Positions 1-9,158 of a DNA stretch of 64,000 nt are shown here, piece by piece (the stretch's first letter is position 1; every line of letters begins with the position of its first letter). The notes beneath the pieces are model-generated. The model was not told the DNA's origin. It did no database searches and saw nothing but the letters and a program-made list of their open reading frames with translations. The stretch comes from Cyanophora paradoxa CCMP329 (Eukaryota; Plantae; Glaucophyta). A program made the position numbers and the translations under genes. Location of the stretch: positions 82,151 through 146,150 of the forward strand of contig QPMI01000079.1 of assembly GCA_004431415.1 (NCBI GenBank), read 5' to 3'.

Positions 1-369
1 TGCTGGCCGAGGCCGTGCCCGAGCAGACCAAGGTTCGACTCCGCGCGGGACCGTTGTCGCTCCCCGGCGCCCTGCCCCGCGCCGCCCCGCCCCGCCGACG
101 CCGGAGCAGAACATCCTGCTCGTGATGATGTCGTCGTACCTGCTGGTGTACCCCCCCTCGACGTCGGTGCAGCACCGGCTGTGGGACGTCACGTGGCCGG
201 CGCTCGCCTCCTTCTGCCCCCACCTCAAGCTCGAGCTCTTCCCCGACTCCGAGGCCGCCCCGGGTACCCCCGCTCGCTATCCCTGTACCCCGTCGCGCAG
301 CGGCCTGCTGACGCGGGCGCAGCGGCCCCCGCGCGGAGCCCGGCGCCCCCGCCGCAGCCCGTCTCGTGA
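1..369 (+). CDS. GBF1: 3' exons of a GBF1/GNOM-type large ARF guanine-nucleotide exchange factor (C-terminal region); gene begins upstream of the window
   Basis: Spliced translation LLAEAVPEQTK|NILLVMMSSYLLVYPP...LWDVTWPALASFCPHLKLELF|AAPARSPAPPPQPVS* matches, from memory, the GBF1 C-terminal pattern LLSEAIPESLKNMLLVM...LWEITWERIDCFLPHLRDELF. GT..AG introns are present. Confidence 0.8.
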   Translation, partial: CWPRPCPSRPRFDSARDRCRSPAPCPAPPRPADAGAEHPARDDVVVPAGVPPLDVGAAPAVGRHVAGARLLLPPPQARALPRLRGRPGYPRSLSLYPVAQRPADAGAAAPARSPAPPPQPVS

Positions 370-1090
370 GCGGCCTCGATTCTTCCCCCCTCCCCCTCCC
401 GTGTCCCCACCCCCCTTCCAGTTCCTGGAACCCGCCCCCCAGCCTGCACTCTCGCATGTTCTTTAAATTTGAAGTCCGCCAGAAGTGAATCATGATCAGG
501 GCCAAGTCGATCGCGAGGCCGGGACGAGCGAGGCCAGCAGAAATATTAATGCAGATGTAGAGCAACATGGCCAGACGTCGACCTAGCATATATACCTCAT
601 CATCAGCAGCTATAGCTGTCCGAGCTTTTTTTTCGGTACTTATCCGTACCCCTCATACCAGTGCCGGAGCACTGCTAGCGCTGGAGCTCACTAGACAGCA
701 TTGCACGTGCCAGCAGCGCCGCGCGCGGCGGTCGTGAGCATGCGCACAGCACCGGACCCGCGCCTGCAGCGATCAGCGGCCATATTCCGCGTCAATCGCC
801 CACCTCGCCCGCTTTCGCAATGGCTGCGGAGGGCTCGCGGGAGCGCTGACTACGAGAGAAGGCTGGCCGCATCCGATCCATACCGCAGACGAGCTTTTTT
901 CAAGTGCGATAGGCGGCGGACGCGATTCTTCTTCTGCTTCTCTCGACAAGACCGAGAGCTGCGGCTGCCGCGCGCCCCCGCGGCCGCTCCACAAGATCGG
1001 GGGGGCTTTTTCAACAGCATCGTGTGCGTTCCAACTTCCAACGCGCCTAAACGCTTCGCGCATCGTCGTTGACAGGTCGGAGCGACTAAC

Positions 1091-4000
1091 ATGACCGGAC
1101 CGACCGCGCGCATGCGCAGGGCATGCGCAGCTGCCGCGGAGAGAAGTGCACGTAGCAGCCGTCTCTCTCGTCTCGCGACTGCCCTCTTCCGACGGATACC
1201 GTTCGCGGGACGGCTCTTCAGCGGAAGGAAGCGCAGCCGCAGCGAGTTCGAAGATCTAGATCTAGCTATAGAGGAGGAGCTCGAGGAGGAAGCGGAGGAG
1301 ATCTCAGAGCTGCGCGCCGCTCTCGAGCGCGCACAGGAGGAGCTGGCCGCGGAGCAAGCCCTCCCTGTGACGAAGTACACGTATCCGTTTCCCGTGTATC
1401 TGGATCACCAGATCCCCGCTGCGCATGCTACTCGGTGCGTGTCATACTCACGCGCGCCCGCGGCCGACGCCTTCGCGGACTGGCTTCCCCTGACGCCCGC
1501 GGCTTCCGCAGCGCATGCGCAGCGCGGAGCGTGGAGGTGCGGCTGCAGGTGGATGGCGCTGCGGCGCCGCGGCCGACTGGCGAGCGAGCGAAGCTGCGCG
1601 AGGCGATCTTGGCTACAAAGCTCGTACGGCGTGACTGCCTGCAGCAGCGGACCGGCGTCTTCGTTGCGGTGGTGAGGGGCCCCGAGGAGAAACCGACCCC
1701 CGCCGCGCTTCCGGACGATGTTCTCGTGCACGTCTTCGAGCTGATTGTGGAGGTCCGCACGGCCGCGGGCGCGGCCCGCCGCTCCCTCCATGCATATGGC
1801 CAGCTGCTTAACCGGAGCTTAACCTCGAGCTCGTTCTGCGCAGCGGGGCAAGAGGGAGAAGGCCCTCCTGCAGTCGCACCAGCTTCTCTGCACGGCGATG
1901 CGCGTCTCCCGCCGATGGCACCGTCTTGCCTCTGACCCCTGCCTCTGGTCCACGTTCCACCTCCGGTGTGCCTGCCCTCGCAATCACTTGCATGTCGCCC
2001 TCGTGACTGCCCCGTGCAGCGCGCACGTGTTTCAACTGCCATGGACCTTCCATGCGCTCGCGACGCTGCCGCGGTTCCGGTCCCTCTCGCACCTGATCCT
2101 GGACGTTTTCTTGTCGGGCACTGTCTGTTCGCGGGACTTCTTACTGGAAGTCCTCCTCGCGTTTGAGGACGGCCGCGCGAGGAGGGCCGGCGGGAGCTCG
2201 AGGGGCGCGACCCCGCCGCCTCTCAGCAGTGTGCGATCCCTCGAACTCAGCTTCTTCGAGGTGCGCATACAGATAAATTATTCACATGAGCTTTAGAATA
2301 TATGTATGCGGCATTGCCTCTCGATGTGATCGGGTGCCGCTCAGTCGGATGACATCATGAGCACCATTGTGGAGTGCAACACTGAATGGTTTCAGGGTTG
2401 GGGTCGTCAGCCCCTCGCTGAAGGTCGCATCGCGGCGGTTCCCCAGCTCCTCCCCTGGATTCCGGCGTGCACGGCAGCAGACCTGCAGGAAGCCTTCTCC
2501 CCCGACCTTTGCAGCACGAAATGCGAAGCGTTCGCTGTGGCAGGTGCCGTGCACGACCCCACTCCGTCATAGGCCTGCTGCTGGCTCCTCGGTTTAACGT
2601 TGAATTCTGATCTGCGCCCGGTCCCGCAGCCGACGTCCTGCGCGTCTCAGAGCGCTTTCCTGGACTGCAGGAGCTCTCGCTGCCTGGCGAGCGCGCCGGA
2701 CGCCTCCCCGCCATTAGCCGCCTCGGCGGGCCCTCCAGCCTTATTGAGCGGTGCGTGCTTGGCTACAGCCTCCCGCGCTCGCGCTTGCCGTGCTCGTGGT
2801 GCTTCCGACAATTGCAACCTCTATAGCTAATTATAACATTCTGAATGTGCAGGCTCGACATCCGTGCGCACTTTAGCAGGGATGCGGGCAGCGCTCCCCT
2901 CTTCCGCAACGCGGTCAGCTCTTTGATTCAATTTCATAGTTTCTCACACACATATATATATACTCCGTTCATGATTCCTGGCCGTACGTATACGTCGTCA
3001 CTGCCATTGCAGTTCCCGAGGGTGCAGTGGTTGCGGTGTGCCGTGGCGGAAGGAGCGGAGGGCATGGCACAGCTGCTCGCGTCCTTGGCGGTCGGGAGGG
3101 ATGCATCTGCAGCTGCGGCGCCGTCGGCTGGCGATCTGCAGCTGGACAAGCTGGTGGTTGTCGACGTCGACTTCGGTGGCGCCCACGACGGGCCGGTGGG
3201 GCAGCTGCGCTCCTGCCTGCAGCGCACCCGGCCGCGGGTCCTCGTCCTGAACGGCTGTTCGGGCCTCCGCCACCTGGGCAACGCCGTCGCCCCGATCGCG
3301 ACGGACCCCTCCATCAAGTGCGGCCCCTCCGTCCTGTGCAGAGCTACGTTCAGGCCCCCCAACCGCGCCGCGCCTCAGGGCGCCGGCCCTCGTGCTTGGC
3401 ACAAGGACTCTCTTCCGCATGCAGCCCGAGGACCTCCCATGGCTTGCCAGTGCGTGGCCGTGGGCCCCGCGCCGGCCCGGGCCCGCCCAGGGCTGCTGCA
3501 CCGTGCCGACATCTTCGATTCCCCCTGCAGGCGGCCCGACGTCGACTGCCGAGCTTTGGGTGAAATTCGAACGCCGCAATGAGTGCGCGTGCAATTGCAA
3601 GCCTCTCGCCTCGCATAACGTGATTAAGACGTCGACATCTCGTGATATCGACACTTACACTTCTAGTTCGGCAGGTACGTGTACGACCGGACTGGCGTGA
3701 CGCAGCTCCTCGAGGCGGCGCTCTCCCTCCCCTCGTTGGAGCGCCTCGTCCTCTGCAACCCGAGGCCGGAGCACTGCGAGGCGGCCACCCTCCTGGCGAA
3801 CGTGCGGGCGGAGCGTGGCCTGGAGCCCGCCGCCGTCGAAGATCGCACGACGTACACGAGGGACTTGGACTCCAGTCCCATTCTCAGCGATGAAGTTATC
3901 GATCCCGCTCTTGCATCCGGATCCTCGTTTCTCGTCTCGCACGTGCACAGCAACGGCGAGGGCGAGGGCGAGCTCGAGGACAGCGAGGATTCCGAGGGCA

Positions 4001-4741
4001 GTGGAGGGGGCAGCGAGCTTGAGGGCGACAGTTGCAAGACCGGGGAGGGAGACACACGTACGGTGCGGATCCCCGGATTACACAGATCTATTCGGATTTA
4101 ACCTTTATAATTAATTATAATCGATTGCGCATTCATAATCAATCGATTGCGTGCGCTTTGACTTGACTGCTAATCCGAATCGAATATCGAATGAAAAAAG
4201 GACGACGTCGAGGACCTTGAGGAGCTCGAGAGCACGCGTACGGTGAGGCCAAGATCTACATCTAGATCTGTAAGGCCTAGGCCTAGCCCGTATATATACG
4301 TGGCTAGGCCGGCACCGGCGCGGACCCGTCCGAGAATATTGCTAACGTCTAGATCTTCCCAGGAGCACGAGGATTCGGACGAGGAAGACGGCGGAGAGGT
4401 CGACCGCCTGGAGGAGCTCTACGAGAAGATACAGGAGAGGGAGTACGCGCGGCTGGGGCCGCTGGAGCCGCTGCGCGAGCGGATGGAGGTCGTGTGGAGC
4501 GACGACGAGGACGACGATGAGCGTGACGAAGATTACGTGTGCGACGAGGACGAGGAGGGCGAGGAGGAGGACGAGGACGAGGACGAGGAGGAGGAGGAGG
4601 ACGGGGTGTCGGGGGAAGGATCGGTGCGCATGCGCCCGTGGGGCACCCTTCTCGCGAGCCGCAGCTGCGCCGGCGGTGGATGAGGGTCAACTGTTCCCGA
4701 TCATGCCCTTGGCGCAGGATCTGGAGGAGCTCGAAGCGTAG
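1091..4741 (+). CDS. Multi-exon F-box protein with LRR-like region and very acidic C-terminal tail
   Basis: F-box is split by an intron: ALPDDVLVHVFELIVE | ...LLCTAMRVSRRWHRLASDPCLWSTFHL. LRR-like segments follow (SLSHLILD, VRSLELSF, PRVLVLNGCSGL, LPSLERLVLCN). D/E-rich exons at 3950-4620; last exon DLEELEA* ends at 4741. Internal exon boundaries are approximate. Confidence 0.7.
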
Positions 4742-5019
4742 GCTAGGCGGGCAGTTGTCGCACTGTGCACGTGGCGGATTTTATTCGAATTCAACGTTAA
4801 CGGCCCCGCCCGCTCCAATTTGATAGTTAATTCGATTGAGATATCGTTGGCCACAAGACTGTTCACATCGTTGAATCATCACAGCATGCGCGCTAACGTC
4901 CTATATATAACCCCGGGACCTCGCACACCAGTACCGGAGCGCGAATTTCAGAGTACTAGTGATCTCGGCTGGGCTCGGGGGATAAACTCCTAGGCCTCTC
5001 CCTTGCATTGCAATTGTGG

Positions 5020-6370
5020 GGCTCCCGCCTGCCCCTCCTCCTCCCTCCGCTCCCTCTCCGCCCCCCCCGTCGACGTCGAGAACATCCCCGACGCCAGCTC
5101 CGGTACCCCCGCCTTCCCGCGCACCCGCCCCCCTCCCCGACCCACGAATCGCGTACCCCCGCAGAGTACGAGGAGGCGTGGCTCGCGGTGCTGCAGGCGA
5201 TCGCGGCCGCGTGCGGCGACCCGCGGACCGAGGTCCGTGACCACGCCGTCGCCCTTCTCCAGGTCACCCCGTACCCCGCCCCCACGCCCGCGGCCCCTGA
5301 GCCGGGGTACAGCACGCGCTGCTGGCGGCGGACGCGGACGCGACGCGGCGGCTCTCGGCCTCCGCCTGGCGCCACTGCTTCGACCGCGCCCTCTTCCCCG
5401 CCATCACCTCCCTGCTCCAGGTGCCCCGCCCCCGCCCCACCGCTGTGCCCCGTACCCCCGGCCGACGCGCGCGCGCGTACCCCGCAGATATGGGACGACA
5501 TCCGCGACTACACGCTCCCCACGGGCCTCTCCAAGGTACCTCTCTCTTCGCCCCTCCCGATCCATCCCTCCGGGGCTGCCGGGCACCGACTCGGCGTGCG
5601 CAGGAGGGCGCAGCGGCCGCGCAGGCGAACTACGCTCGGGTGCGGGGGTCCGTCGAGCGCACCCTCAACCGCTCCGCACAGCTCCTCTGCAAGGTGCCGC
5701 CCCGCCCCGCCCGCCAGCCCCGCCCCGCGCCGCCCCGCGCCGCCGGCGGCTCACGCGCCCCGGCGCAGTGCTTCCTCCAGCACCTGCACCGCGTCGCCGG
5801 CCTTTCCGACTTCCACGGTGCGCAGCCCGGGCTCGAATCCGCGCAGCGCCCGTTCCGACGCGCCCCTCCGCAGTCCTCTGGCTCTCCCTCCTCCACTTCC
5901 TCGAGCGGCTCCTCCGGGCCGGCAGGTCCGCGCCCGCACCCCTCCGTTTGGGCCCCGTACCCCCCGAGCCGCCGCGCAGCGGGGCCAAGGAGAACCTGCT
6001 GGCCGAGGCCGTGCCCGAGCAGACCAAGGTTCGACTCCGCGCGGGACCGTTGTCGCTCCCCGGCGCCCCGCTCCTCCCTGCCCCACCCCGCCCCGCCGAC
6101 GCCGGCGCAGAATATCCTGCTCGTGATGATGTCGTCGTACCTGCTGGTGTACCCCCCCTCGACGTCGGTGCAGCACCGGCTGTGGGACGTCACGTGGCCG
6201 GCGCTCGCATCCTTCTGCCCCCACCTCAAGCTCGAGCTCTTCCCCGACTCCGAGGCCGCCCCGGGTACCCCTGCTCGCTCTCCCTGTACCCCTTCGCGCA
6301 GCGGCCTGCTGACGCGGGCGCAGCGGCCCCCGCGCCGAGCCCGACGCCCCCGCCGCAGCCCGTCTCGTGA
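5020..6370 (+). pseudogene. GBF1: 5'-truncated duplicate of the GBF1-type ARF-GEF C-terminal exons
   Basis: Exons WLAVLQAIAAACGDPRTEVRDHAVALLQ|HALLA...WRHCFDRALFPAITSLLQ|...RSAQLLCK|CFLQHLHRVAGLSDFH|VLWLSLLHFLERLL|ENLLAEAVPEQTK|NILLVMM. 5996-6520 is nearly identical to 1-520. No Sec7 exons or suitable ATG lie between it and the F-box stop at 4741. Confidence 0.7.
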
Positions 6371-6592
6371 GCGGCCTCGATTCTTCCCCCATCCCCTGCC
6401 CTCTCCCCACCCCCCTACCATTCCTGGAACCCGCCCCCCAGCCTGCACTCTCGCATGTTCTTTGAATTTGAAGTCCGCCAGAAGTGAATCATGATCAGGG
6501 CCAAGTCGATCGCGAGGCCGGGCCGCAACATAGAGCAACATCGTCGGACCGCAACGTTAACCGGCCGCGGGGGTCCGGATCCGGGCGGGCGG

Positions 6593-7302
6593 CTAGGCGG
6601 CGAGGTCGGCGGCGGCGGCTTCGGCGTCGGCGGCGGCGGTGGCCTCCGCGAAGTCGAACTCCTCCTCGAACTCCTCGAGCTCCTCCTGCGCGGGCGGGGC
6701 GGGGCGGGGGCCGAGATCAGGGCTTGCCATGATCAGGGGCGCCACCCCCCCCCCCCCCCCCCCCCCCTCTCGTCCCCCGGGGCCCGGCGGCGCCTGGATC
6801 CGGTGGGCCCCGGCGCACCGCGCTGGGGTTGGTGTCGTCGCCGTTGTCGTCCGCAGGGGGAATGAGCGCCTTCAGGTCCGGGTCGTCGTACTCGCCATTG
6901 ATGTACTTCTGGAACTCCTCGGAACTGGGGTCCACCTGGCACCCCTTCCGCGCTTCCCACTGACAATCGTAATCGTACTCGTCGACGTCGACGTCGCTGT
7001 TCGCGATCGCACAGAGGCAATCCGCGAAGGCTTCGGTCGCCGGTTCGCCCATGCACATAGACTGCGGCGGAATTGAACTCGTTAACGCTAACATTTTCCG
7101 TAATGGGTCAGATCTGCAACCGGCAGCGGCACCACCGCCCACCTGTGCGTAGTTTTCGATGAAGTATTTGCGAAAATGGGGGAGATCCTGAGGGGACTCC
7201 TCGGCAACCATCTTATACTGGTCGCGGATCTGGTCTTCCTTCAGCAGCGCCAAGTAATTCGCCTGCCACGTCGGCTTCGTGCCGCAGTTCGCATTTGCCG
7301 AC
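6593..7302 (-). CDS. Three-exon 3' fragment of an unknown acidic protein (5' exons not found)
   Basis: Clean splicing gives SANANCGTKPTWQANYLALLKEDQIRDQYK...YFIENYAQ|SMCMGEPATEAFADCLC...DDTNPSA|EELEEFEEEFDFAEATAAADAEAAAADLAA*. No family recognised; upstream is CATGAT-rich noncoding DNA. Confidence 0.5.
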
Positions 7303-7329
7303 CTGCGAATCGCAATATCGATTAAATAT

Positions 7330-7680
7330 TGCAATTGCAATTGCAATTGCACTCCGGCAGGGATATATAGGCACATGCACGCGTACAACATGCATATGGC
7401 ATGGTAACAAGTGCGTATGTACATGTGATCATGAAATATAAGCGAATGTTTACGGTTTAAACGCCACCATGATCGCTCATGATCATGATCCGATGATCAC
7501 CGGTTCATGATCACCGGGCCTGGAGTTATTGTAGGTCATGATCACCGGGTAACAACACGTGCACATGGATTTAGATCTAGAGGCATATATATGCTCAACA
7601 CATTATAATTATATATCAAGTTATCATGATCATCAACACATTATATATCATGATCATGATCATGATATCGATACAAATCA
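7330..7680. repeat. AT-rich low-complexity (CATGAT)n / (TTGCAA)n tract
   Basis: Repeated catgat/gatcat and ttgcaa units read directly; similar tracts at 19408-19460 and 19709-19740. Confidence 0.75.
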
Positions 7681-8101
7681 GACTCTAGAAGATCTAGCTA
7701 AAGAGATTTGAGACATTAATATTGAAATCGATGCGCGTCACAGTATCATAGTATATTATAACAGAAGTACTAGTATGCCGACCGCCGGGCGATATGCATG
7801 CCCGGCGCCCCGCGGGCGGCTCAGCGGCTGCCCACGTCGAGGGCCACACTCCGCACTGCGGCGTGACTGCGCATGCAGCACTGCGGCAGATCTAAAAGCA
7901 ATGGCTACGCTGCAGCGACTAGGCACGCAAGTGAACGCACATCTTTCGATCAGCAGGTTTCCGAATTCGAAGTTCGGTTGAGAACGTTGCCGTGTGCGAC
8001 CGTTGCGAGAACTTGCGACGCGTACCGTAGTTACGGCGTAGTACGAGCGCCGGGCCTGCGACTCTGGCTGCGAGCCTGCAGCGCTAGCTGCGAGCCTGCG
8101 A

Positions 8102-8374
8102 CTACCGTAGACGACTTATACTGCAGTATACCGCGCTGACTTAAGCTTAACTACCGCGCTGCCAAATTACCGCGCTCAAAATTTTTAAAACGCAGTAATT
8201 TGGTAGCGCAGTACGTATTACGGTACTATTACCCCCTTTGCTAACAAATAATACTATGATACATTTTCGAAGACGATGGAACGCGGTAATTTGGTAGCGC
8301 GTTAAAGCGCATACCGGCGCCGAAATTTTAGAACGCGGTAATATGTGGCGCGGTATTTTAGTCGTCTATGGTAG
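8102..8374. mobile_element. 273-bp MITE with CTACCGTAGACGACT terminal inverted repeats and 4-bp TSD GCGA
   Basis: Left end ctaccgtagacgactta, right end tagtcgtctatggtag. gcga at 8098-8101 and 8375-8378. Subterminal TACCGCG motifs run forward in the left half and inverted in the right half. Confidence 0.85.
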
Positions 8375-8449
8375 GCGATCACGGATGCGAGGCTACGTAC
8401 CGGGGTAGCCGCTGAGCTATAGCCGGCTATTAGCCGCTGATCATGAGCT

Positions 8450-8706
8450 CTAACGTATAACAGAATATTAGTGCGCGCATAATATTAATGCGCCCCCCGG
8501 GCCCAAAAAGGCTTCAAGGGCTGCCAAAAGGCTTCAAAAAGCCCCCCCTCACATGCTGCCAAAAGGCTTCAAAACGCAGTAATTATAAATTCCATGATTA
8601 AATATATTGGTGCCGCATTAAATGCCATATAATAGGGGTCCGGGTCCAAAAACGCATTAATATTGAGCGCATTAATACTGTGTTACCGTAGTACGTTATA
8701 CGGTAG
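8450..8706. mobile_element. Second, more decayed MITE with related CTA(C/A)CGTATAAC termini
   Basis: Left ctaacgtataac..tattagtgcgc..aatattaatgcg is inverted relative to right cgcattaatatt..gcgcattaata..gttatacggtag. Internal (cc)aaaaggcttcaa occurs three times. No clean TSD. Confidence 0.55.
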
Positions 8707-9158
8707 CCGCTGGCCCGCTGAGCGCCGAGCTCGAGATGCTGCGCATGCCGGGCGCCGCAGTGCGCATGCTGCTTGGCAGTGCGCATGCTTGCTGGGGAGT
8801 CAGTGGGGACTCTGGGGAGTCACTGCCCGACTCACTGGGGACTCCAGTCTCTCAGAGCTCGAGCCGGCCCTGCCAGCCAGTGCCAGCACTGCCAGGCTAT
8901 TGCGCTAGCGCTGGCCCATCGATACCCCGGTACAGTGATTTGGCTTCAAAAACAGCAGCTAAGAGCTAGAGAAAAAAAACCCGACCGGGAAAGAGCCACC
9001 GGGACTCGCGATCGGGAATTTCGAATTTCGGCTCCCAATCTTCGAGCTTCGAATTCGAAGCAGGCGTCGACTTCGCGATCGCGATCGCGATCGCGAGCTC
9101 GAGTCGCTCGCGACGCCTGCGCATGCGAGTCTAGATCTGCGGCTGAAGAGAGCTGGGC

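Noticed and set aside
299-311. GBF1 ending at an earlier acceptor (AAC*)
   Set aside because: The TGA lies in a CTGAC branch-point motif just upstream of a better CGCAG acceptor; the longer last exon is preferred, though not proven.
651-4960. F-box gene as a Helitron/TE-captured cassette (ccagt(g/a)ccggagc at both sides, CTAGT at 4956)
   Set aside because: The match is short, there is no convincing 3' hairpin, and CTAG is ubiquitous in this genome.
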